From Leptogorgia sarmentosa (taxonomy: Eukaryota), in the NCBI GenBank assembly GCA_964658305.1, contig OZ210885.1:11594001-11658000 (forward strand): 64,000 nt of DNA, given 5' to 3'. Below, in pieces: positions 28,301-39,214 of this stretch. The notes beneath the pieces were generated by a model, which was not told the DNA's origin, did no database searches, and saw only the letters and a list, made by a program, of their open reading frames with translations. How positions within the stretch are numbered: position 1 is the stretch's first letter; every line of letters starts with the position of its first letter. The position numbers and the translations under genes are program-made.

Positions 28301-31300
28301 GTAATCTTAAAACCCCATGCCTGTATGCTATATATCGTGAATTGTGAAGTACAATCAACAATCTGAGATCAGAAGAAAACTATTCGGAGCCTTCGAATAG
28401 TTCTGCGAATGAAATCCTAATTGGAAAAGCAACAAACGGACCTCAGCCACGTACACACGTTCAAATTTGCTTTTGTTTTTATTGATCATTTTATGTACAA
28501 TTGATATAATTGTTAAAGAAATCATTCCATTTGCGATTCAAATCTTTATTTTATTTATTAAAAATAATACGTGTTCAAATAATACACATGCATTCGACAT
28601 CGACAAAAAATTCTCATAATTTAGGCAAGAAATTCGGCGGAAGAATTTTAGTAAAACTCGTCCCCAGAACGCTGAAAATGGCATCTGTGCATGAGGTTTC
28701 AAATTTCAAAATTTTTCGGGGAAGCATGCCCCCAGACCCTTCTAGAAAGGGGCACGTTTCATTACTATTTTACAACAGACAGATTTTGCCCCCCCCATAA
28801 GCGTACGAGGCGGGGGGACAAGGGGGGCAACCCCCAAAAAATTCAAATCGGGAAATTCGGGCACCGATTTTGAGCATAATTCGGGCAGAAATTTGAGGAG
28901 TAAGGTAATGTCAACAATCCTCCAGTCGTTCACCTGAACGACAGTGCCAAGAAAGTGGTGTTAGGACTCTGAAATCGCCGTTTCCGGCAATCCAGAGGTT
29001 GTAAAAGTTCAAAAATTTCTCGCTCGGCGCCAACCATGGTGGCGCCTCGTGACATTTGCTACCCTCAAATTCGGGCAAAGATCTTTCCTCCCCCCCCTGA
29101 AAAAATGTAGCCCGTACGCTTATGGTCCCCCCCACTTTTTGGGACGGATTGACGCCCTTGCTAATACGCTACAATCCATGGATACGTTTGAATCGCTCGG
29201 GGACAAGGTTTATCGGCTTCTAAATATCACAATATTTTGCTTTTTCGATTCGCTACAAGTCGATTTACCATGTTTATACTTCGCATGTAAGAAAACATAC
29301 TGTTTTGCGTTGCTGCATACTATAAATTTACGAGCATTTTGAAAGTCCGAATGCCCATTGCGTAATACTGCATGTCGCATATTTCTAGCCATGTATGAAT
29401 TTTATCTTCGAGTGGTGAAAGCAATATTTTACGAATGAGCGTAGGGGAATGATCATATAAAATATCATTTCACCACAAGAAGATAAAACTGATATCTTCA
29501 AACCGCCGTGTAATTTTCTTTTTATTATATAGTCGTAAAAGCCTGTCGGCAATATTAATTAATTTTGGATCGATAAATGCTAAATTTTTCAACGAAATAC
29601 ATCAAATTATCCAAATTCAAAGAATACCTGGGCATAATTTTAGTCTTTTGTTGTAGTATTTTCATTTTATCGAAAAAATTTGTTCCATGGAACAAAGACA
29701 AAATTTGGTTCGCCACTCTTAGACGAACGTCGCCATTTTGAAAACAAATTTATTGGCGGGAAATGATCACGTGATCGATATCTTCACTAGTGAAGATATG
29801 GAAAATATCTCACTGTGTATTTTTCAGTATCTCACTGTGTACTATATAATAAATGGATTTTATGTTCTCGTGGCAAGAACAATATCTCATGAGTGAGCGC
29901 ATCCATATCTTCGAGCGAACCGTGTAATGTTCTGTTTATTATATGGACTTATTCAGAGTGACCCAAATACACAACAACTATCCTTTTATTGCAAACATGC
30001 AGTCTAAAACACGACAATTAATGGCTTTAAAATTAGCCTTTAGTAAATATAGATTATAAAATACCGCTTTATTGTAGTTTATTGTAGTATTGTAGCTTTA
30101 TTGTTCGTCGCAAAACGTACTAATATCGTCTTGGCTTAAATTCACAAACCTTGAAGTAGAAGCCATTTGAAACAGCGAAAAAGGCGGGAAGGTTATGTCA
30201 CCCCTAAGCGTGACATACGGAAAATACGCGCACCGTATCCCGGATGTAGTGGCGTATGAGTTCTACGAGTGTTTTAGTTCCCAACAAAATACCGCTGTCC
30301 ATATAATAATTATAGTTTTCTGCATGCGCATCAGTTATACAAATCATGGCCGGCGTAATCAAGTAAATAATCAACGGTTAATTAAAGTAAATGTACATGT
30401 AGGCTGTCCATAACAACCTGTATGTATTTAAAAGGCGTTGCGTTTAAAAATGCACATTCTCTATAATTGTCTCAAACTGGCTACTTTTTCTCATAATCAT
30501 ATAGAGGGTAAATTTAATAAAACCTGATTGACTAAATCTTCAGCATTTTTCAATTACGGCTTCCCCGCATTATTTGTCGTGTGTGAAATCGTCAAATTAA
30601 ATTAGCTTAAAAGTAATTTGGTAAATTTTTAAGAAAATTCTGTAATTTGCCTGTGCCAAAACACTGCATGCGAAATCTCTTGGATTACATACACGCCATT
30701 TTTCCAACTTTTTGCGTTGTACACCTGTGCTAATTTAGAAACGATAAACTGGAGAATATTACGCAGACTATCTTACTGATGGACCAAATATTGACTGAAA
30801 TGCCTAAAATACTAAACGTCCAACTGATATACTAATACAACTGCTTAATTCATACATAAAATTAAGTGGCTTTCCAACAGATTCGACTATACTTCTACAA
30901 TTACTCTCCCTGGCTAATTTTTGGCGCGTAGTCTCACTGTAATATGTTTTTTCAACAATTTGATACCTTTTGGTGGCGAATAATTTCTTTGTTTCTCATA
31001 ATGATTTTCCGTCATGTTGACCCTTTGCTGTAAACTCTCAATTTTGTCCGCATGGCTTTGCAGCTCCTTTGAATGATGTTCAAATTTTGCAGAGTGTTCT
31101 CCAAGTTCCTTCGACTGATGATCAAATTTTGCTGAGTGTTGTTCAAGTTCCTTTGAGTGTTCTCCAAGTTCCTTTGAATGATGATCAAATTTTGCCGAGT
31201 GTTCTCCAAGTTCCTTCGACTGATGATCAAATTTTGCTGAGTGTTGTTCAAGTTCCTTTGAGTGTTCTCCAAGTTCCTTTGAATGATGTTCAAATTTTGC

Positions 31301-34300
31301 CGAGTGTTCTCCAAGTTCCTTCGACTGATGATCAAATTTTGCTGAGTGTTGTTCAAGTTCCTTTGAGTGTTCTCCAAGTTCCTTTGAATGATGATAAAAT
31401 TTTGCCGAGTGTTGTTCCAGTTCCTTTGAGTGTTCTCCAAGTTTCTTCGACTGATGATCAAATTTTGCCGAGTGTTGTTCAAGTTCCTTTGACTGATGAT
31501 CAAATTTTGCCGAGTGTTGTTCAAGTTCCTTTGAGTATTGTTCAAGTTCCTTTGACTGATGATCAAATTTTGCCGAGTGTTGTTCAAGTTCCTTTGAGTG
31601 ATGATCAAATTTTTCCGAGTGTAGTTCAAGTTCCTTTGAGTGATGATCAAATTTTGCCGAGTGTTGTTCAAGTTCCTTTGAGTGATGATCAAATTTTGCC
31701 GAGTGTTGTTCAAGTTCCTTTGAGTGTTCTCCAAGTTCCTTCGACTGATGGACAAGTTTTTCCGAGTTTTTCGCGACACATTTTTCAACTTTTTCAATTC
31801 TGGAGACCAGTTTTGAATGGATGTTGTCAAGTTTCTCTACCACGGCATTCATCTGCAGAGATACAAGTAAAGAGCTATAAATATTTCAGTTTATATTAAA
31901 TATTCATGAATAAATATTAAAGATTAAAATATCTGCAGAGATACAAATTATGCTTTATTCAAAGAACAATACATGTATGAATGTGCGAATTTTTCTAATC
32001 AGCATTAGAAATGAAATTATATTTCGAAGCATCATGCATTATTCTGTTTAGAAATATTGCCCCATTATCCCAAAATGTGCTCCAAAATTACGACCAAAAA
32101 TGGACACTGCTGAATCAGCTATATTTAGCTATCACATCTTAAATTGCCATAAAAAAGAAGCAGAAATTCTATAATTAAATATGCTTTTGGAACTTATTGA
32201 TCGATTATAAAGCAAATTCAAGAGTTGCAGGATAAAAATAAATATAAAACGGCCCATATGTCGACAAAATTTACATTCATCTTCGCGGAAGTATTATAGC
32301 CAAAGCGTTAGCATAAAAAAGGGTTTCAAATTTCTCTTTAAAAAGGCATAATTCAAGTTTCGTTTTACTTCATTTCGGATTCATATTCGAAAGGCATGGT
32401 ATAAGCATTGCGGCCATTAGATTTTCGTTCTTTGGATGGCGTAGGCCTAGTTCAGACGTGGTACATTTCATGTGCCAAACCTAATGATAACGAGCTAAGT
32501 TCTTTGTTTGAGTTCAATTGGATTAGGCTCGGCACATCAAAAGTTCGACATCTCAAGTTTCAACTGGCCTTATTCCACAGACACCAAAGAATATGCTCAG
32601 GTTGGATTCGTATTGAATAAAACAATGTTCCTGTAGTTAAAAAGCAGTAGCATGCAAAATACTTCATGGCATTTCAACAAATAAACTACATGACCTCATG
32701 CATAAACACGTCAGAAGGGTAGAGACGTACTTACAATTCTGGGCTTAGTAGTAAAAGCAGGAATCTGTGAAAACGAATGAACGTTTCCGCCCCGACCACC
32801 AGAACCAGAATTCCATGCACGATAACCTCTTGTGACATCATACATATAAGGTCTACTGAAATTTGATATGCAGGTTTGCTAGTTTTTAAACTTTTCAGAA
32901 ATTTGTAGTTCAACGTGTGAGCCTCAATATCAATTTCGCAAGGAAAATTAATAGTTATATATTAAAATTTAGGTTTATCTCTTGCCTATGAGAATGCCCC
33001 AAAATACATATATGTTATTTACCAGCTGGGAGGTCCGAACGTTTTTGAGACCGAGACAAAATATTTTCCAGTACGGACCGACCTAAATGGTAAATAATTA
33101 ATTTATTTTTGTTCCTCGATATTATGGTAAAATTCGTCAAAAATTCCAGTGTTGCGAACTAGATTTTGAAATCAGTTTGTTTGTTTACTTTGCTACTCTA
33201 TCGCAAGTATGGCTGCTAAACAGCCAAGACGAAGTGAGAAAAAACCCTTCAATATTGACCCATTTGCTTCAGTATTGACGCTTTCCCACTCAACATTACG
33301 ATGAAAAAGGTAAACTTATTGAAATTATTTATTTTCCCGTTTGTTTCACGATACAAACATGTTTAAAATACGCTTTAGACACCAAAATATTTCGCCGTAT
33401 TTCGTTTTGTTCATACTGATGAGACTTTGTTGATACGTATGAGTTTTTGTCGTTGTAAATACCCCCTAAAATATCCCTTAGCATAATAAAATTAACTTTC
33501 ATGTATTCTTTATCGCCTAAATTCGTTCTGAATGTTTTAAAAAGCGGCCATTCAATTTTAAAAACAAAAACATTGACTATATTTGTATCTACGAGAATGC
33601 GAGCGGTCCGTACCGTAGGATACGGACCGCTCGGCAACCAATCAGAATGCTCTATTTAGGTTACGGACCGGAAAAAAATGAATTGTTTTATTTTCGTCGA
33701 ATAAACCATAAGCTCCGACACAATTTCGCCCGATAGTTATAAGTTTATTCAGACCATCCCGTGGAAGCTAGATTTGTTTTGCTTAAGGCTAGTCCTATAT
33801 AGGGCTAGATTTTTCCTAAAAGAATTTTATATTAGTTTTTATCAGTAATTGATATGTAGTATGTTTTATTTTTCGGTACACGCTTCGTCCAAGTATTCTA
33901 TTGCGTGTCCCCAAAAAAGTATGCAGATGTTTGCCTTGTAACGTTTAACGGGTAAAACAAAACTCATAAAAACAGCATTATCGAAAAAAAGCACAGATTG
34001 CGTTCCCACGCTGAAAATTTGCACTCGCTCGCATTTGAAACATGTCTTATATTAATTTGAACAGCGTCTTCCTACTTATTCAACGACTGTTAAATGAAAC
34101 ATCAAAAGTTCCTCAAACCTTTGTGGCGTCCAAATCGTAGTTTTTGATACAACGGCAAAGTTCAGCTACACTTTCTGCAATTAGTTTTGCGTGACGACCA
34201 TCAACAAGAATGTCTGGAAATAATGAAGAAAATTTATCTTGAGTATCGCAAACACTATAAATATACCGCTGCTAATGCGCGTAGCACGAAGGATACATGA

Positions 34301-35830
34301 AAAAGCATGCCCTGCTTTCCATATATTTGATAAGCATGGTCTGTCGTCGTTATTAGCAAACTTCAATATGCGGCCAGTGTAGTGGATAGGGGATAACAAC
34401 ATCAGCCAGCAGCACATGTCCTACCCACTACCTAAACAATGCAAACAGGTTGGACGTTTTGAGTAAAGTAGATTTTTTGCATGATAGACATGCAAAAATT
34501 TCGAAATAGTACAATCCAGAGCAACAGCGTTAATAAAGAGTATCACAAAGTTAGTAAAACTGTAAAGTCTGGTTGAGAAATGTTTTAAAATGCGAAAAAT
34601 ATGACCCTGTAAAGTTTTCAAATTTTGTATATTTTAGTATTACCCATGCATTTATATCCTTATCGAGAAAAGTCTATGAATTTTGCGTGCCTAATACTAA
34701 AATGAAAAAATTGGCAAAATTGCGTTAAACATTCCCCACTTTTGAATGATTGAAGTTTTGAACACAAATGTCCAACTGGAATTAGTACGATTTACGAAGT
34801 CTAATTCATGTGAAAATTTTGACTTTATGTATATATCAGCATATATTAGTTGTAGTATACTGTATATCATGTCGTATACAGTATTAAAGGCATTTAACTT
34901 CTGCACTTATATGAAGGTCTAAAAATAAATCACTGTCACCAATTCAACACTAGATTTCTACAAGTATAGCTAAAGTATAGCTACACTATTGGAGAATTTA
35001 ATTTTTTTTACCTGTTCGACCCCATATAATTTCAACGATTGATCGTATTGAGAATCGCATTGAATTGTATATATGGTAATATATGAATAAAATTGGATGA
35101 TAATAATAATAATAATAATAAATGAATAATAAGAGAAATTCTTTCAACACATGGGGGTTTTCTTACCGGAGATAAAAAATGATCTGCGCAAAACATATTT
35201 AAAGGCATGATGAAATCCCGGCAATAATGCTAATAATACAGTACCTGTTTTATTCCAGAAATCTAGTTCATCACAAATTATTTTTTCGTCAGCTATTGGT
35301 AAATTTAATATTTTGACCAAAGATTCCATTCCTTGAAACGAGGCATTGAACATATGTACAGTCCATTCAGAGATGTTACAATGAGCCCATGGGTTTCTGA
35401 TGTCCGACCGAACTTTGTTTGCTTCAGCTGCAGCACCAGATGATACAAAAGGGTCTGCCTTGCCGATAATAGTCAAAAGTGCTGACATATCCATGGTTTT
35501 ATCAAATCCAGTGAAATGTGCCATAAAGTCCGTGACGAATAGTTTCGCCAAAGAGACAGGATCTTTAACAGCATAATCATAAGCTGATTTAGTACGCTTG
35601 TGGATAATGTTATTGTTAATGTTCTGATATTGTAGGTTATGTGTGGAAGGGGGTAATTTCTTCCTTCTGTATGCTGCGAAATCTTGCTTTTGAATTTCAT
35701 CAGGTGGTTGGCATAAAGAATGATACCATTTCCCAAGTTCAGTGGCGACAACTTTCCTCAATGCAGGTGCAAGAACTTTGGTAAAGGCAATGCCAACTAA
35801 AACCCAATGTTGTTCTTCCTCTGATATCAT
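921..35830 (-). CDS. Multi-exon STAND NTPase (Apaf-1-like NB-ARC + WD40) with N-terminal HEPN-like domain and coiled coil; 3' end lies beyond the window start
   Basis: Hand-spliced GT-AG exons, all phase-compatible: 35830-35245, 34174-34119, 31852-30967, 26675-26338, 25133-24497, 24234-23812, 19363-19118, 16407-16186, 13579-13370, (duplicate 12623-12522), 9198-8958, 7630-7398, 6792-6707, 3384-2982, 1522-921. Total 5169 nt = 1723 codons without the duplicate. Motifs: RNPWAH, Walker A GMGGLGKT, Walker B LVVLDDVW, LLITTR, DLPLAL, VHDLL, many GH...WD/WN WD40 units. An AG acceptor 7 nt upstream of the ATG suggests a further upstream exon. Confidence 0.88.
2570..2631. repeat. Perfect palindrome (27-bp arms, 8-bp loop)
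   Basis: agcgtgggatactataatatcccacgg-cagatcca-ccgtgggatattatagtatcccacgct. Confidence 0.9.
2773..2909. repeat. Imperfect palindromic repeat (non-autonomous element-like)
   Basis: tttatagacc...gggggattcggcgtaatatttccc...gggaaatattacgccgaatccccc...ggtctataaa. ORFs 2676 and 2728 translate to mirror-image peptides. Confidence 0.8.
6155..6304. mobile_element. MITE, PIF/Harbinger (Tourist)-like
   Basis: TIR agccggttttccac...gtggaaaaccggct, flanked by TAA/TAA target duplication. Confidence 0.8.
11627..12172. mobile_element. Foldback-type non-autonomous DNA transposon with about 165-bp TIRs (CATAGG...CCTATG)
   Basis: Long inverted arms; flanks cttgtac/cttgttc (6 of 7 match); an additional internal hairpin at about 11798-11893. 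Confidence 0.8.
12517..14318. repeat. Tandem duplication of one WD40 exon plus upstream intron (copies 12517-13364 and 13365-14318)
   Basis: Near-identical sequence; ORF pairs 12706/13662, 13187/14140 and 13230/14183 are duplicates. The first copy lacks 108 nt of the exon. Confidence 0.95.
18062..18422. mobile_element. MITE, Harbinger-like
   Basis: TIR agggaccttaagat...atcttaaggtccct; 3-bp flanks att/act. Confidence 0.65.
20206..20894. mobile_element. hAT-type non-autonomous element
   Basis: 14-bp TIR CAGGGATGCCGGAA...TTCCGGCATCCCTG with perfect 8-bp TSD ACAGGTAG (20198-20205 and 20895-20902). Confidence 0.92.
21226..21328. repeat. Hairpin with about 40-bp arms
   Basis: gcatgatatcaagaattattcagacc(tc)ggtcaatgttat ... 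ataacattgacc(tt)ggtctgaataattcttgatatcatgc. Confidence 0.8.
22185..22700. mobile_element. MITE, PIF/Harbinger-like
   Basis: About 60-bp TIR gggggtgtttatatggaggcgagc...gctcgcctccatataaacaccccc; TTA/TAA flanks; internal gggctggctcgcctaagcg repeats. Confidence 0.82.
23549..23661. mobile_element. Small MITE-like inverted repeat
   Basis: caacattgattttggggg...cccccaattcaatgttg. Confidence 0.55.
23812..26675 (-). CDS. NB-ARC domain exons (26675-26338, 25133-24497, 24234-23812)
   Basis: GIRGMGGLGKT (Walker A), CLVVLDDVW (Walker B), LLITTR (sensor 1), CKDLPLAL (GxP-equivalent), FGIFPED, YRVHDLL (MHD-equivalent), then an Apaf-1-like helical domain YYFKFLPYH...LFFDLNWLQQK. Confidence 0.92.
28181..29160. 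mobile_element. hAT-type non-autonomous element inserted in the palindrome
   Basis: 15-bp TIR CAAGGGCGTCAATCC...GGATTGACGCCCTTG; perfect 8-bp TSD CTAATACG. Confidence 0.92.
28796..29124. mobile_element. Second hAT-type MITE nested inside the first
   Basis: TIR CATAAGCGTACG...CGTACGCTTATG; flanks gccccccc/gtcccccc (7 of 8). Confidence 0.8.
30967..31852 (-). CDS. Exon encoding a long heptad-repeat coiled coil
   Basis: Acceptor TCTCTGCAG|ATG at 31852 (phase 0) and donor AAAG|GTATCA at 30967. Repeats HSKELEQ/HSAKFDH/QSKELGE. Confidence 0.8.
31067..31752. repeat. Coding 21-bp minisatellite, about 32 units with 42/63-bp higher-order structure
   Basis: Units such as caagttcctttgagtgttgtt and caaattttgccgagtgttgtt repeat in tandem. 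Confidence 0.95.
35245..35830 (-). CDS. Exon encoding a helical HEPN-like N-terminal domain of the STAND gene
   Basis: ORF 35144..35830 is predominantly helical and contains DMSALL followed by R-x4-H (IRNPWAH). Donor ACAG|GTACTG at 35245. Confidence 0.7.
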
Positions 35831-37260
35831 TATCGTTCTATGAAGTAAACATAAAATAATGGTGTTACACTTTTAGCTACCAAAGCACAAAGCTTTTGTA
35901 AACAGTACAGACATGATTACTTTCTGACATTTTAATGTTTTACAAAAATGTGAAAGTAGAAGTTTCTTTGAAAATAATTGTATGGAATCATCTGGTAACA
36001 AACTTCAACATGTGGCCAGTAGCTACATAGGTACCGCTACCGAATAACAACATCAACAGGCAGCTAAAGTTCTGCCCATTAGCTGAACAAATGCAATAAG
36101 AATTAATGCTTCAAGCAAAGTCCAATAGTCAAGAATTAGTGTGTGTTAAAATGCCCGAGGGCCGTTGCACAAAACATCGAATCCTAGTTTAACATTTAGG
36201 TAATTAGTAGAACTTTTGCTGTTTGTTGACATAATCTAGTATCCACTGCCTTTGACGATTATATGTATGTAATTATTCAGTAATTTGTAGATAAGACGTG
36301 GGGTGAGTATATGAGACTGGAGTGCATCGAGGTCTCATAAATTGAAACATTTTGCTGCAATAACGATAAATCAAATAATTATTTGGCAGCAAAAGGTATT
36401 CTGGCCCCTTTCTTATGGAATATTAGGGGGCGGCCCTAACGTTTCCGAGAGAGGCACACAATTTTCTTTCCCGTTGCTCTGCAAAAATTTTAGAAATTTG
36501 GAATCTCTTGATGGTCGGAAATGGCATCTCCGCTGTCTTCCATATACCTCTTTCCGGGAGAATGAACATGGCAACAAGATTATGGTTTTCAGAATTACTT
36601 TTATTATCTCTCAGCTTTGCCCAACGAACTGACTAAATTCCCGAACAGGGAGGCTGAGGCTCCCCGACAGGGGGACTGTAGCCCTTCCCAGCCCCCCACC
36701 CCCCACCCCCCTCCTTTGGCGCCACCACTGGTAAAGCTACAAGGCAGTATCCAACATTATCATTTCACTCAACCAAAATTTTTGTCATGCGCATCTCTCC
36801 TTTTAAAGCCGTAACATATTATCTTACTTCCTACTTTTCTATCGCAAATAATCTATATGAGTAACCCAGTTTTGAACAATCAGACAAGCCAGATTTATTC
36901 AATTGGAAAGGCGAGTGGAAAGTATTGACCACTCAACGCTGTCTCTCCATATATTTGTTGCCTCGCAGTGTGTTCCGTATTTCGAGCATATTATGGATAG
37001 TTGTAAACTGACAACGATTAAATATATCTCTGTCGTTAATTGTATCATTCAAGCCGTGCCATATTGATGTAATAAGCGCTTAAAAGTCACTTAGATCATA
37101 GACAATCGTCTATGATCAGACTTAAGTAAAACATTGTTCTTTTTACATATCCTGTCCATCCTGAAATATGCATATACATAGCCTACTTATAATTACGGGA
37201 AACACTGAGTATTTTCATGAAATACACAACAACGGTAACTCCGAATAACGTAAGCATTTT

Positions 37261-37299
37261 GATTCAACGTTTCGACTTTATTTAGTCATCATCAGGATT
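37261..37299 (-). ncRNA. Minimal hammerhead ribozyme-like motif (Penelope pLTR)
   Basis: Minus strand: CTGATGA-t-gact-aaataa-agtc-GAAAC-GTT; core boxes and stem II present, stem I weak. Confidence 0.6.
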
Positions 37300-39175
37300 C
37301 AGGAATGGTTGTATTTCATGTGCATGCGTTATATATACTCTACGTAATTTGATATCTAATCAGAAGAAAACCGATAGTTCTCTAGATGCTTTAGTCCCAT
37401 GATTCAGTTCCGGTTTTTGTCGATGAATGATTTTTTTCTTTGAACAGCAGATTTGACCAATGCTTAGCCCTGTCTATGATGTTGCAGTTGTTCAGTAGGT
37501 TCAGATAGTTAAATTGTTCGCAAGTGTTAATGTTTTTATCAATCTCTGAGTTTTTGTCTGTGATTGCATGTTCGTTCAGTCTTGTATAGAGGCATCTGTC
37601 TGTCTTTCCTATGTATGTTTTGCCGCACCCAGGACATGAAAATTTATAAACCACCGAACTTTGAAACTCCTTAGGTGTTTTATCTTTGCACGAAACAGTG
37701 CAAGTACTATGCACAAGTGATCTAATCCATGCAATTTTGAACGAACACGGAGTAAAACTAGATTAATGGATATACTGGCCTGTGTGTGTGCTCTTACGAA
37801 AAATCGAAGTTATCGACGAACTCTTCATGCGTGAACTGTATATCCGGAAGGTAGCTGTTCAGTTTATTTAAAATCAAGTTTAATATCAGACGGTTTGATA
37901 TAGTATCGAATATCAACATATCTGATATAGAATGTTATAGTATCGTTTTCGAAAAGGTCTTTTATTATTTCGTCTTCTAATGCCATCATGATGATGTTAG
38001 CTAAAGTTGGACTTAAAGGCGAACCCATCGAAACTCGAAATTGTTTATAAAGATCACCGTTAACGGAAAATTGAGTTTTGGTACAATCATCAAGGATCAG
38101 TTTTATGGTGTTTTCGCCGTAAAGTGTGGTCATATGGTGTTTTCGCTGTGAAGTGGTATGTTGGTAAATAAAGAAAATTCGCAAATTTATGTCTTGGAAC
38201 GGTGTCAAGCGAAATTCCTGACCAAGCGTGACGGCTCATGTATTTCGCGTATGTAGGCGGGAAATACATGACGCTTGCGAAATACCTGACTCGATGAAAA
38301 CCTCAATCAAAACCACTTTTCTTGGCTCACATCTCGGTTAATATCGTGCTTAATGCTATAATAATGTATTGTATCGAACACCGAAGCTAGAATCAATTTG
38401 ATATTTCTGATATTACAAAACAATCGGGAATATATGTGTTTTTTATCGATTATACTTTATATAGAGTATAATCAGTAAACAATCTGCGACTTCACGGGAA
38501 ATGAATAATAAATAAATAGAAATATATTTTGCATATAGAATATATTTGCAAAAAAAAAGTTGATTATTATACTAGTATAACGCGTTTTAGGCCTACCTAT
38601 GTAGGTATCTTCCGATACCATTGTAAGGTAGATCGCTATGCCCTAGTTTTAAGCTGCGGTTTTATAAGGAAAAGTTTAAATATTTTTAAATCAGTTTTGA
38701 CTGTTCAGTAAATTATTTGAACTACAAATGCACAATGTCAATGACATTGAATCATTCATACAACCATAATATGAAGATATTTCAACATACGCACAATATA
38801 CGCACCACCAACTAGTTCAATTATATAGAAACGACTCAATGAGTTTAATATAGGCCGTGGGCTGTTCGCGAAACAGACTTTCGATTGGGGCTTCGCTACT
38901 TCAACACTAGCACAGTCAGCAACAGATGCCGTACTTGAATTTGGAGCCATTCGTAAAGAATATATCTGTAAGAAAACCACTTAAAAATCTCTTTCAAAGT
39001 AAAACGTGTTGTTGTAGCTTCAGCAGTTGCGAAATTCATGAGCCAGCGTGGATGACGCACATCATTTGCGCATGTGCAGAACTGCGATAATCATGTATTT
39101 AGCAAGTCAGGAATTTCGCGTCACAACGGATTCCCTAAAACATTGGCCAACAAACTTAGATAAAAATCACATTCT

Positions 39176-39214
39176 AATCCTGAAGATGACTAAATGAAGT
39201 CGAAACGTTGAATC
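39176..39214 (+). ncRNA. Minimal hammerhead ribozyme-like motif (inverted pLTR copy)
   Basis: CTGAAGA-t-gact-aaatga-agtc-GAAAC-GTT. Confidence 0.6.

Larger units (their letters stand above)
27536..29393. mobile_element. Long palindromic (foldback) element with about 416-bp arms; right arm interrupted by nested insertions
   Basis: Left arm 27536-27951, 38-bp loop, right arm 27990-28180 plus 29161-29393. CATGG...CCATG ends; mirror ORFs 27587/29049 and 27847/27912. Confidence 0.9.

Noticed and set aside
31012..31899. ORFs 31012..31830 (-) and 31069..31899 (+) as separate overlapping genes
   Set aside because: They are stop-free shadow frames of the 21-bp repeat; only the 31852 frame fits the splice phases.
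32735..32852. Possible extra exon of the STAND gene with a good GTAAGT donor
   Set aside because: Its phases do not fit between the neighbouring exons, whereas 34174-34119 joins 31852 cleanly.
921..35830. Calling the gene APAF1
   Set aside because: No CARD is visible; the N-terminus is HEPN-like plus coiled coil, so orthology is unsupported.
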